Source of the DNA: Nemertoderma westbladi
Taxonomy: Eukaryota > Animalia > Xenacoelomorpha
DNA: 50,611 bases
Direction of reading: 5' to 3'
Assembly: GCA_032718475.1 (NCBI GenBank)
Contig: JAUCBJ010006391.1
Location: 1-50,611, forward strand
The notes under the pieces are model-generated. The model made no database searches. It saw only the letters and a program-made list of their open reading frames with translations, and had not been told where the DNA came from. Shown in pieces: positions 37,721 to 50,611 of this stretch. The translations under genes and the position numbers were made by a program. Each line of letters opens with the position of its first letter. The stretch's first letter is position 1.

Positions 37721-38469
37721 CGGAGAATCTTGTTAGGTTCTTACAGCCTTTATTTGAGACATAAGATCTGTAATTATTTGGCTATAGGAGCCCCTTGAAG
37801 TTGATATTGAATTTGTCTCACGTTTGGGTCCATGTCTCAAATTAGGCAGAATGACTGTACTTGTTTTTTGTGCCCCAGGGGGCACATTCAAAATTCCCAA
37901 AAAAATTCTCGAATGTTATATTTGAGTTCTATAATCGTGATCAGCATCCAAAAAACCGCTATTTACCGCAAATAAATTAATTTTAGTGAGCCATAAAACT
38001 TTTGAAAATTTTAGCACGAAAAAAATACTGGAGATGGGTGCCAAAAAGGGACCACAGCACGAAAACTAACATAGATATGTAAATGGCGTTTTCGTTGTTG
38101 GATGGCCCATTAAATTTTAGGAAGTCACCAAATCTCGGTTTTCCCCACAGGCCTGACTCAAAGATACGGATGAATTACAAAAAAATTTCTAAAATGCCCC
38201 CTGATATAAAAAATATAAATATAAAAAAAAAAAATATATATATACTGATATAAAAAACTATTCAAATTAAAGTCAGTACAATTAAAGTTGGGACATCATC
38301 ATGGTCGTTCCGGCCCAAGGTACCTTCCGTTCGCTGTACACCGTATTCGCTCATCCTCGTCATTGTTCCGGGTACGCCCTGTTTACCATATTCGCCTCCT
38401 TGCCGTTAACCGTTTGCTGTACACCGTAGGCTATTCGCTCCACCTCGTGGTTGTTCCGGGTACAGACAG

Positions 38470-38945
38470 AGGACACACTGAACACCATCATGGCAAAATG
38501 TAAGGGAATCTTAAACAGTCAACCACTATTCCCAGTGAAAGGAGATCTACAGTCCCTAGAAGCCTTAACACCATCCCATCTATTGAGAGAAAAACCAGCC
38601 CAAATAATTATAAACCCATCCGATAAAGATGACATCGATACCAGACAATCATGGAAAGTTGCTATCGCCATAGCAACAGAATACTGGGAACGCTGGATAA
38701 AAGAATATTTCCCCACCATAAATGTTAAAGAAGAAAGCGTAAAGAAGAAAGGGACCTACAAATAGGCGACCTAGTAATTCTGACCAACAACGGAAACACA
38801 TGGCCCGTCGCTAGAATCGTAAACCGACAATATGGAATCGACAGAAAAGTTCGTACAGTCGAATTTAGAATCATCGGTAAAATAGTCGCAGAGAACTGGA
38901 TGACATAGGTGCATCCGGCAAGCAGTTGCTGCCTATTGGAACAAA
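38470..38945 (+). mobile_element. BEL/Pao LTR-retrotransposon integrase C-terminal remnant (DUF5641-like)
   Basis: ILNSQPL..ALTPSHLL..YWERWIKEY, then frameshifted GDLVIL..WPVARI..G.DRKVRTV. Confidence 0.85.
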
Positions 38946-39347
38946 CGCCCCAACAACATAAAGAGGATTTAGTTAGATCGAGATGTAAAATTATTGCTAC
39001 CACTTATAGCAGTAAAGCGGTACTATCTGTATCTGGTTGGCCCAACGCGATCATGTAGCCTTTCAATCAGATCGGGATCGCCAATCCTGCTACCCATCTT
39101 AGCGTTAACATGGTACTATCTGGAAGCTAGTTCTATCAGGGAAATAAAGGGAGGGAGATAAATAAAGGGGATATAAAGAAAGTAAATAATAAAGCAAAGC
39201 TTTGTACTTATATATTTATTAGGCTGACAGGAAGTATATGTTACGTAGGTAACAACTTTCCCACAGGAACCCATCAAGAGTCAGACTTAATACGGGATGG
39301 AGGTAACAACTTTCCCACAGGAAACCGTCGAATATATATATAGAATA

Positions 39348-42177
39348 TATTCAGGACGCGATGCTGCATACAATGTTAATTATATTAGAGGCCGGTATTA
39401 TTATCTTAGTTTCTTAGTTTATAGATATAGTGTAGCTATATAAAAGAAATTCAGTTGCAATACTATTGGTGAAAAGTGAAAAGTATACTTACAATACTAT
39501 TGGTGAAAAGTATACTACAATACTATTGTGTGAAAAGTAAACTACAATACTATTGGTTAAAAGTATACTACAATACTATTGGTGGTGAAAAGTATACTAC
39601 AATACTATTGGTGAAAAGTATACTACAATACTATTTGTGGAAAGTATACTACAATACTATTGGTGAAAAGTATACTACAATACTATTGGTGAAAAGTATA
39701 CTATAAAACTATTGGTGAAAAGTATAATACAATACTATTGGTTAAAAGTATACTACAATACTATTGGTGGAAAGTATACTACAATACTATTGATGAAAAG
39801 TATACTATAATACTATTGGTGAAAAGTATACTACAATACTATTGGTGAAAAGTATACTACAATACTATTGGTGGAAAGTATACTACAATACTATTGGTGA
39901 AATGTATACTACAATACTATTGGTGGAAAGTATACTACAATACTATTGATGAAAAGTATACTATAATACTATTGGTGAAAAGTATACTACAATACTATTG
40001 GTGGAAAGTATACTACAATACTATTGGTGGAAAGTATACTACAATACTATTGGTGGAAAGTATACTACAATACTATTGGTGAAAAGTATACTACAATACT
40101 ATTGATGAAAAGTATACTATAATACTATTGGTGAAAAGTATACTACAATACTATTGGTGGAAAGTATACTACAATACTATTGGTGAAAAGTATACTACAA
40201 TACTATTGGTGAAAAGTATACTACAATACTATTGGTGGAAAGTATACTACAATACTATTGGTGAAAAGTATACTACAATACTATTGGTGGAAAGTATACT
40301 ACAATACTATTGGTGGAAAGTATATAATACTATTGGTGAAAAGTATACTATAATACTATTGGTGAAAAGTATACTACAATACTATTGGTGGAAAGTATAC
40401 TACAATACTATTGGTTAAAAGTATACTACAATACTATTGGTTAAAAGTATACTACAATACTATTGGTGAAAAGTAAACTACAATACTATTGGTTAAAAGT
40501 ATACTACAATACTATTGGTGAAAAGTATACTATAATACTATTGGTGAAAAGTATACTATAAAACTATTGGTGAAAAGTATAATACAATACTATTGGTTAA
40601 AAGTATACTACAATACTATTGGTGAAAAGTGAAAAGTATACTACAATACTATTGGTGAAAAGTGAAAAGTATACTACAATACTATTGGTGAAAAGTGAAA
40701 AGTAAACTACAATACTATTGGTGAAAAGTATACTATAATACTATTGGTGAAAAGTATAATACAATACTATTGGTGAAAAGTATACTACAATACTATTGGT
40801 GAAAAGTGAAAAGTATACTACAATACTATTGGTGAAAAGTGAAAAGTATACTACAATACTATTGGTGAAAAGTGAAAAGTATACTACAATACTATTGGTG
40901 AAAAGTAAACTACAATACTATTGGTTAAAAGTATACTACAATACTATTGGTGAAAAGTACTATAATACTATTGGTGAAAAGTATAATACAATACTATTGG
41001 TGAAAAGTATACTATAATACTATTGGTGAAAAGTATAATACAATACTATTGGTGAAAAGTATACTACAATACTATTGGTTAAAAGTATACTACAATACTA
41101 TTGGTTAAAAGTATACTACAATACGATTGGTGAAAAGTAAACTACAATACTATTGGTTAAAAGTATACTACAATACTATTGGTGAAAAGTAAACTACAAT
41201 ACTATTGGTTAAAAGTATACTACAATACTATTGGTGAAAAGTATACTATAATACTATTGGTGAAAAGTATAATACAATACTATTGGTGAAAAGTACTATA
41301 AATAATACTATTGGTGAAAAGTATAATACAATACTATTGGTGAAAAGTATACTATAATACTATTGGTGAAAAGTATAATACAATACTATTGGTGAAAAGT
41401 AAACTACAATACTATTGGTTAAAAGTATACTACAATACTATTGGTGAAAAGTAAACTACAATACTATTGGTTAAAAGTATACTACAATACTATTGGTGAA
41501 AAGTAAACTACAATACTATTGGTTAAAAGTATACTACAATACTATTGGTGAAAAGTACTACAATACTATTGGTGAAAAGTATAATACAATACTATTGGTG
41601 AAAAGTATACTATAATACTATTGGTGAAAAGTATAATACAATACTATTGGTGAAAAGTACTATAAATAATACTATTGGTGAAAAGTATAATACAATACTA
41701 TTGGTGAAAAGTATACTATAATACTATTGGTGAAAAGTATAATACAATACTATTGGTGAAAAGTATATTACAATACTATTGGTGAAAAGTAAACTACAAT
41801 ACTATTGGTTAAAAGTAGACTACAATACGATTGGTGAAAAGTATAATACAATAATACTATTGCATGGTGAAAACTATTAAAATTATTAATACGAAAAAAT
41901 TAAGTAAAAAAGTAAAGTTTTTCAGCCAAGGATTACAGTAAAGGATTACGCACAAAGTTCTATGACATATTTTCAGTAAATAAACGGTAAATTTCCAATA
42001 AACCTACAGTTCCTGTACTCTGGGATAAACGTATAAAACCTGCCTCCGTATTCAAACATCTTCGTTTTACATTAAGTATTGTGGCTCGTATATTTTATTA
42101 GGAGTTCGGTTTCAGTGATAGATACAGTCAGTTATTTCATAAAATTAACACCGTATGCAAGCATCGCGTCCTGAATA
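39348..42177. mobile_element. TIR-bounded element carrying a 26-bp satellite
   Basis: TATTCAGGACGCGATGC-TGCATACAATGTTAATT (39348) is inverted at 42143-42177. Confidence 0.7.
39458..41872. repeat. 26-bp satellite (TACTACAATACTATTGGTGAAAAGTA), about 90 copies
   Basis: Direct reading. Confidence 0.97.
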
Positions 42178-43027
42178 CACCATATCCTGGAATATAGTGT
42201 CGTTATTCAGGTACCTGCATGAAATTTGAAACAAGGTCAGTTATATCTCCCTCCTCCTTGCTGGGTGAGCCAGAATTTTTATTTTCGCTTTCATTCTTTA
42301 GATACAAGTGAAAAAGGTGTCTCCGGCGATATTTCACAGGTCACAGTGCAATCATTCTTTAACCTTATAGTGATTTGATGGTACCAAATGGAAAGCTGCC
42401 TTTACAAGGATTCCAAATATGTAAAAATATTTGAATTTGGTTGGGAAATAAATACCTGAGATATGGTCATTCGAATGTTGCATGTATTTCCTTCCCCTGC
42501 CATTTATTCTATTTAATTAATGTACCATATTCTAGAACATTTTGTTTATTCCATACGTAGCTCGGCAACAATGCATTCCCTCTTTAATTATACCATTACG
42601 TAGCTATACATAAAGTGTTCTAGAATATTGTATTTTTATTTAATATAATAAAATAGCCTCATGCAGATGCAAAACCATGCAACTTTTGACGCTCATATTT
42701 CAGCTATTTCCCAACCAAATTCAGATTATGTTACATATTTGGAATCCTTACATGGCCAGCTTTCCATCAGTACCAACAAATCACTATAAGGTTGAAGAAT
42801 AACTGGAGTGTAACTGGTGAAATATCACCGGAAACACCTTTTTTAAACGCTTGTAGCTAAAGAATGAAAGCGAAAATAAAAATTCTGGCTCACCCACGGA
42901 GGAGGGAGGTGAAACTATCTCTGTTTCAAATTGCATGCAATCTCATTAAGATTTGTAGAAAAATTTGGGGGGGGGGGGGGGGGCAGGTACCAGAATAACG
43001 AACGACATTATATTCCAGGACATGGTG
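42178..43027. mobile_element. Complete palindromic MITE with TA TSD (Tc1/mariner-type)
   Basis: TA|CACCATATCCTGGAATATA ... TATATTCCAGGACATGGTG|TA; long imperfect arms. Confidence 0.85.
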
Positions 43028-43129
43028 TATATAAGTATGTTCTAGAAGTCATTGACCTAACGTATGTGTATGTCGTTAGCCACATTATATCCAGACATAC
43101 ATATACTACACCACTTAATATAACCACTG

Positions 43130-44872
43130 TGCAGGTTTTCGTGAAATGTTATCACCTCGTATTTTACACGAAGCCTTGTTAAGATTAAAAAATAACAAGT
43201 CCGATGTGAGTTACAGTTTTGATTTAGGCGCTTTAATTCATGGTGGTATTTTACTTGAGCAACATTTGTCAACTTTATTTAATGCTTTTCTATCGCACGG
43301 TAGTGTTTCTAAATGTCTACTGTACATTTCCTTTATTCCGATTGTAAAAAGTAAATTGGGTGACCTATCGGCAGACAGTAATTATAGAGCGATAGCTATA
43401 TCGTCGCTAATCTTAAATGTATTTGAATGGGTAATGATAATTAGTGAAGGTGATAAGTTGAAGTTTGATGATTTACAATTCGGTTTTCGTACTAATTCTA
43501 GTACGGTTATGTGCACATGGTCTGCGTCTGAAGTATTTAGTTATTATCTGAAGCACTCGACTCCTGTTTATGGCTGCCTTTTAGATTTTACTAAAGCTTT
43601 TGACCTTATCGAATGGCCTAAACTATTTCTAGAATTACTGAAAAAAGGTTTTTCTGTTCTCTATTTAAGGTGTCTGTCTTATTTTTATTTACCGTAATCA
43701 GTTATGTGCAATGAAATGGTTAGGGTGTCTCTCATCACAATTTTTGATTTCAAACGGCGTCCGACAAGGGTCTGTTTGCTCGCCAATACTCTTCTGTATT
43801 GTTTTGAATATACTTATTAAATCCTTACGTAATTGTAAAGTAGGATGTTATATTGGTAGCCAGTATTTTGGGGTTCTAGCCTACGCTGATGATGTGCTTT
43901 TGCTTTGCCCTTCTGTGATAGGTTTACAATATATAATAGACATTTGTAAAAAAATTTGTAGTGCATTTAATTTACGTCTGAGTACCAATGCTGATGTAGC
44001 TAAATGTAAGTGCAAATGCATCCCTGTTGGTTTTTCATGGAATCCCATACAGCGGAAACTTTTTATTAATAATATTTTGCTGCCTTGGGTAAAAGATGCA
44101 ATTCATCTAGGAATTACTCTAGATTTCAAGTGCACTCTAGATAAATGTCGATATTCTACGTAAAAGAGGTCAGTTTGTTGGAAAGCTGAATAATATCAGA
44201 CAAGAATTCGGTTTTGCACATCCAAGTAATGTTACGAAATTACAGAAATTATATGCTATGTCGTTCTACGGTAGCTGTACTTGGAACCTTTGGTCAGACG
44301 AATGTCGGCGAATTTTAACTGTTGGAATACGAATGTACGAATTTTATGTCGCCTTCCTTTTAACGCGCACAGATTTATTGTTCAGGATGTTGTGGGTTTT
44401 TTGCACCCTTGGGTGATCTCTGTAAAAATTTTGTATCTTTTTGTAACTCAATTTGTAAATCAGATAGGCTTTGCGTCAGATTTCTTGCGAATTTATTTAC
44501 TACTGATTGTCGAAGTATTAGCGGTAATAATCTTAGATGTATTGCGAATGATTGTAGGGTAGTAGATATTAAGGAATTGACACCATCTGTAGTAGTGAAT
44601 AAATTAAAGTATGTTCATACACCTGCAGGAGAAAATTGGAAAATTGAAACCTGCAGGGATTTAATAGATTCGTTTGTTGGATATTCGGAAATACCTGGTT
44701 TTTCAAGTTCGGAAATTAAGGATTTATTAGACTTTATTTCTTCGTCGTAGTTGATTTCTCGTCTGTGTATGCATTATGTGTATCTATGTACGTACCACTG
44801 TATTAATTTGTGCTAAAGTGTACCATATAATTGTAACTATGTGTACGAATAAAAGAAATAATAATAATAATA
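43130..44872 (+). mobile_element. Degenerate 5'-truncated LINE (second family, clade unresolved)
   Basis: NYRAIAI, QFGFR, LDFTKAFD, GVRQGSVCSP, YADD, HLG across stop-broken frames; AATAAA and (TAA)n tail. Confidence 0.9.
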
Positions 44873-44874
44873 AC

Positions 44875-45779
44875 CATTTTTAGGGGTCGGCCCCCACCCC
44901 CACCACATTTTTTTCAAATTTCAATAAAATGCTACGAAATTTGGTATGATGATAGATCGACACCTTTTCTTACTGGTGGCCTGACCGGATTTTTTAATTT
45001 ATGAGCTATTTTGATACAACAAGCCGTTAAAAATCGTCTATTTCGCAATATTTAGCCACCTCCGTATACTTTATTTTTCGTCTTTGGGGTGAAATCTAGA
45101 TATCATTAGAACCGCCTTCATCTGCAGATTCAGAATCAGAAAACAGTTATAAATTTCACCAATAACTTCCTGAGATATTATCAAAATTCAATGGTATACA
45201 TTTTGACAAGTAAAGTTTTTTTACTCAATTCTAGAATATTAATTACGCTTAATTTAGTATTTATTTGTTTAATGAAGAAACGTAGAGTTTTAAACGCTCA
45301 GCTAAATAATAATTAATATTCGAGAATAAAGACAAAAAAAACAATATAATTATAGCGATTTACATCTCAAAATTTGCACATTAGTATTTAGATATCTTTG
45401 CCACCTTTTGGTTTAATTTATAACTGTTTTCTGATTCTGAATCTGCAGATGAAGGCGGTTCTAATGATATCTAGATTACATTCCAAAGACGAAAAATAAA
45501 GTCTACGGAGGTGATAAAATTTGGTATGGTTGGTATATTAACAAATGTTGTTATATTAAGGGAGGTGGAGTAGTATGTGTATGTATGGATATAATGGCTA
45601 ACATTGCTTAATATACATTTATTAAGGGCTTGTTGTATGGAAATAACTGAAAAATTAAAAAATCCGGCCAGCCCAGCAGTAAGAAAAGGTGTCGATCTAT
45701 CATTATACCAAATTTGGTACCATTTTATTGAAATTTGAAAAAAATTAGGGGGGGGGGGGGCTACGACCCCTTAAAAATG
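44875..45779. mobile_element. Palindromic MITE
   Basis: CATTTTTAGGGGTCG...GATAGATCGACACCTTTTCTTACTG inverted at about 45655-45779; inner arms 45060-45155 and 45420-45512. Confidence 0.8.
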
Positions 45780-46396
45780 ATTGTTGTAAGGGAGATAGTG
45801 TACGTTATGTGAACGCACCTTAACAAAGGAAGTTTAGAAATAAAACTTTAAAACTCGCAGTTTATTGGAGTGGGGTAAGTAAACGTTGTTCCCGTTGGAC
45901 ATTGGTTTGGATAACTTATGTTTTATATCATTAAAAATATGTTGAATAATAAAAAATATTTAATTAATAATAAGTTAATAATTAAAGTATATTTGTCATG
46001 AATAGTAATAATTCACCACATAATCTCAGTGTTGATGGTGGTCGCAAAAGCACAAATAATGGACTAAAAAAGTGCGCAAATTATTCAACGTATTAAAATA
46101 TAAGTGTGCCACATTACCTTTGTATACACGGTACGTGGATATAGGAAATTAAAACACGCGAATCGCCTGAGAATTCTGAAATTAATGAGTCACTATTACG
46201 AAAAATTGGATTTCATATCGCGCTAAACCTACTTACTATAGAAATACTAACTATACTTACGATTACGAGAAACTAGAAATACTAACTATACTTACGATTA
46301 CGAGAAACTAGAAATACTAACTATGATGCTAATACTTACTTACTATGTTAAGGCCCACCATTTGAATGCATTTACCGGTAGAGTTAGTTATATTTA

Positions 46397-46681
46397 TTAT
46401 GAGTTCTTTTGAATGACGCTACATACGACTGCCTTGGTCTCGGTGTAGTTATCCAGCGCGTACTGACCCTTATCTCTACCAACGCCGCTCTCTTTGTAGC
46501 CACCGAACGGTATCTGGGCGTTAAATATATCGTAGCAGTTGACCCAGACTGTCCCCGCTGGTAGCGAGTGAGACAGATGCATGGCCTTCTCGATGTCTCG
46601 GGTAAACACACCAGCTGCCAGACCGTAGTTGGTGTCGGAAGCGCGGTCAATGACTTCATCTAGCGTTGAGAACTTTAGTAT
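46397..46681 (-). CDS. Aldehyde dehydrogenase (ALDH1/ALDH2 family), last exon
   Basis: Acceptor ctttattgccttccag; [45 protein letters not shown]-stop. Confidence 0.95.
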   Translation of the reverse strand: MLKFSTLDEVIDRASDTNYGLAAGVFTRDIEKAMHLSHSLPAGTVWVNCYDIFNAQIPFGGYKESGVGRDKGQYALDNYTETKAVVCSVIQKNS

Positions 46682-46767
46682 CTGGAAGGCAATAAAGTAA
46701 TGAAAAAACCAAAATGATGGATTTCATTATTGGCATCAACCACTATAAGTATTATTCAGTGGAGGGC

Positions 46768-49663
46768 TGACCAACTTTCTCACCTGCATAACATGACCAA
46801 CTTTCCCACCTGCATATCATGACCAACTTTCCCACCTGCATAACATGACCAACTTTCCCACCTGTATAACGTGACCAACTTTCCCACCTGCATATCATGA
46901 ACAACTTTCCCACCTGCATAACATGACCAACTTTCCCACCTGTATAACGTGACCAACTTTCTCACCTGCATAACGTGACCAACTTTCTCACCTGCATAAC
47001 CTGACCAACTTTCTCACCTGCATAACGTGACTAACTTTCTCACCTGCATAACACGACCAACTTTCTCACCTGCATAACGTGACTAACTTTCCCACCTGTA
47101 TAACGTGACCAACTTTCTCACCTGCATCACGTGACCAACTTTCTCACCTGCATTACGTGACCAACTTTCTCACCTGCATAACGTGACTAACTTTCTCACC
47201 TGCATAACACGACCAACTTTCTCACCTGCATAACGTGACTAACTTTCCCACCTGTATAACGTGACCAACTTTCTCACCTGCATCACGTGACCAACTTTCT
47301 CACCTGCATAACGTGACTAACTTTCTCACCTGCATAACACGACCAACTTTCTCACCTGCATAACGTGACTAACTTTCCCATCTGTATAACGTGACCAACT
47401 TTCTCACCTGCATCACGTGACCAACTTTCTCACCTGCATTACGTGACCAACTTTCTCACCTGCATAACGTGACTAACTTTCTCACCTGCATAACACGACC
47501 AACTTTCTCACCTGCATAACGTGACTAACTTTCTCACCTGCATAACGTGACTAACTTTCTCACCTGCATAACGTGACTAACTTTCTCACCTGCATAACGT
47601 GACTAACTTTCTCACCTGCATAACACGACCAACTTTCTCACCTGCATAACGTGACCAACTTTCTCACCTGCATAACGTGACTAACTTTCTCACCTGCATA
47701 ACCTGACCAACTTTCTCACCTGCATAACGTGACCAACTTTCTCACCTGCATAACGTGACTAACTTTCTCACCTTCATAACACGACCAACTTTCTCACCTG
47801 CATAACGTGACTAACTTTCCCACCTGTATAACGTGACCAACTTTCTCACCTGCGTCACGTGACCAACATTCTCATCTGCATTACGTGACCAACTTTCTCA
47901 CCTGCATAACGTGACTAACTTTCTCACCTGCATAACACGACCAACTTTCTCACCTGCATAACGTGACTAACTTTCTCACCTGCATAACGTGACTAACTTT
48001 CTCACCTGCATAACGTGACTAACATTCTCACCTGCATAACGTGACTAACTTTCTCACCTGCATAACACGACCAACTTTCTCACCTGCATAACGTGACGAA
48101 CTTTCTCACCTGCATAACGTGACTAACTTTCTCACCTGCATAACCTGACCAACTTTCTCACCTGCATAACGTGACCAACTTTCTCACCTGCATAACGTGA
48201 CTAACTTTCTCACCTGCATAACGTGACCAACTTTCCCACCTGTATAACGTGACTAATTTTCTCACCTGCATAACGTGACCAAGTTTCTCACCTGCATAAC
48301 GTGACTAACTTTCTCACCTGCATAACGTGACCAACTTTCCCACCTGTATAACGTGACTAATTTTCTCACCTGCATAACGTGACCAACTTTCTCACATGCA
48401 TAACGTGACCAACTTTCTCACCTGCATAACGTGACCGACTTTCTCACCTGCATAACGTGACCAACTGTCTAACCTGCAAAACGTGAACGTGATCAACTTT
48501 CTCATCTGCATAACGTGACCAACTTTCTCACCTGCATAGCGTGACCAACTTACTCACCTCATAACGTGACCAATTTTCTCACCTGCATAAACGTGACCAA
48601 CTTTCTCACCTGAATAACGTGACCAACTTTCTCACCTGCATAAAGGGACCAACTTTCACACTTGCATAACGTGACCAATTTTCACACCTGCAAAACGTGA
48701 CCAATCTTCTCACCTGCATAACGTGACCAACTTTCTCAATTGCATAACGTGACCAACTTCCTCACCTTCATAACGTGACCAACTTTCTCACCTGCATACC
48801 AACTTTCTCACCCGCATACGTGACCAACTTTCTCACCTGAATAACGTGACCAACTTTCTCACCTGCATAACGTGACCAACTTTCACACTTGCATAACGTG
48901 ACCAATTTTCTCACCTGCATAACGCGACCAACTTTCTCAATTGCATAACGTGACCGACTTCCTCACCTTCATTACGTGACCAACTTTCTCACCTGCATAA
49001 CGTGACCAACTTTCTCAATTGTATAACGTGAACAACTTTCTCACCTGCATAACGTGACCATCTTACTCACCTCATAACGTGACTAACTTTCTCACCTGCA
49101 TAACGTGACCAACTTTTTCACCTGCATAACGTGACCAACTTTCTCACCTGCATCACGTGACCATCTTACACACCTCATAACGTGCTAAATTTCTCACCTG
49201 CATAACGTGACGTGACCAACTTTCTCACCTGCATAACGTGACCAACTTTCACACCTGCATAACGTGACCAACTTTTTCACCTGCATAACGTGACCAATTT
49301 TCTCACCTGCATAACGTGACCAATTTTCTCACCTGCATAACGTGACCAATTTTCTCACCTGCATAACGTGGCCAACGTTCTCAATTGCATAACATGACCA
49401 ACTTTCTCACCTGCATAACGTGACCAACTTTTTCACCTGCATAACGTGACCAACTTTCTCACCTGCATCACGTGACCATCTTACTCACCTCATAACGTGA
49501 CTAAATTTCTCACCTGCATAACGTGACGTGACCAACTTTCTCACCTGCATAACGTGACCAACTTTCACACCTGCATAACGTGACCAACTTTCTCACCTGC
49601 ATAACGTGACCAACTTTCTCACCTGCATAACGTGACCAACTTTCTCACCTGCATGACGGGACC
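46768..49663 (-). repeat. 26-bp minisatellite (sense GTGAGAAAGTTGGTCACGTTATGCAG), about 110 copies, filling the ALDH intron
   Basis: Direct reading; array begins inside the exon end. Confidence 0.97.
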
Positions 49664-50002
49664 GAATATTTCTTCCCGGGCAATTCGCATTCCGTCGGTG
49701 ACGTCAGCAAACACTGTGGGTTGCACGAAGAAGCCCTTGTCGCCATGACGACGGCCGCCGCACTTGATGGAAGCGCCCTCGTTGACCCCAGACTGAATGA
49801 GGTCGAGTATCTTATTGAACTGGTCGCCGTCGACCTGGGGTCCCTGATCTATGGTCAGATCGAACGGGTCACCTGCGCGCCTCGCAGCAGTCGCCGCTAC
49901 GGTGCGCTTAACGAACTCATCGTAGATTCCCGCCTGCACGAATATTCGGCTGCCCGCTGTACAACATTGGCCTTGGTTGAGGAATAAAGCGACCTGGCAT
50001 TG
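49649..50002 (-). CDS. Aldehyde dehydrogenase, penultimate exon (catalytic Cys region)
   Basis: Acceptor cccttcccacag; [42 protein letters not shown]; donor CAG|GTGAGA; 354 nt, phase 0. Confidence 0.95.
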
Positions 50003-50611
50003 CTGTGGGAAGGGATGTAATAAAGATCGTGACCGAGCATGAAAGATCATGGAGCGACAGACAGAGTAAGCGAGTTTAGTATCGGGAGGTCCATCTATCG
50101 CCTTATGTTTAAATACTAATATAATATTATAATAAATATAATAACTAATATAATAAGTGGATTACATTAACTTCAGTTTCAGAGTTCAACTATCAGAATC
50201 ATTCCAACCCACTACCAGATTAGTCACGAATGTTTGAATGATAATATCGTATTTCTTCGAAGAGCCCCCCCCCCCCCCTCCCTCGAATACACGCCCCCCC
50301 CCCCCCTTACCATCACATTAGCAACTTGGGGTAAACGCCCTCCCCGAAAAAAACGCCCAGGCGTTTAATAATATTACAATGTGGGGCGAGCCACGCTTAG
50401 TGAACGATGTTTCTGGCACATGATTATCATTAATATATTGGGCCAAATGTCATGTGACTGAAGGTTGCGCAGTAATAGGCTGTATGTGTAATGGTTTTAT
50501 TTGAATTATTTCATTTGTTTAACTTGTTTTCTTGAATTTAACAAAATTATTTAATAGGGTATATATATATATATATACCGGTATTTAGATTCAAAATACC
50601 GAAAATCTAGA

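Noticed and set aside
39476-41017. Tyr/Trp-rich ORFs
   Set aside because: Translations of the 26-bp satellite.
46241-46325. 35-bp duplication downstream of the ALDH stop
   Set aside because: Only about 2.4 copies; ordinary local slippage.

Overview
Repeat-rich animal (probably invertebrate) nuclear DNA; no prokaryotic features. Genes: a 4.5-kb terminal exon of a BRCA1 homologue with tandem BRCT (+, 1606-6097), a complete two-exon integrin-linked kinase (+, 19787-21520), an intronless LRR-type protein with an Asp-rich insert (-, 22891-24675), and the last two exons of an ALDH1/2-family aldehyde dehydrogenase (-, 50002-49649 and 46681-46397). The rest is LINE, BEL/Pao, piggyBac and Academ-like remnants, many long-TIR or fold-back elements (several nested), and at least ten tandem arrays with 13-63 bp units. 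Best-supported oddity: the 3-kb ALDH intron is about 110 tandem copies of its own exon/intron junction, so every 26 nt carries CAG|GTGAGA. Three more arrays at 8.3-15.4 kb also appear to start or stop at splice-like signals of a candidate small gene, suggesting satellites seeded from splice sites. Other arrays and TIRs multiply CTCF-, RFX- and CCAAT-like motifs. All calls come from reading the sequence and remembered family motifs; no searches were run.
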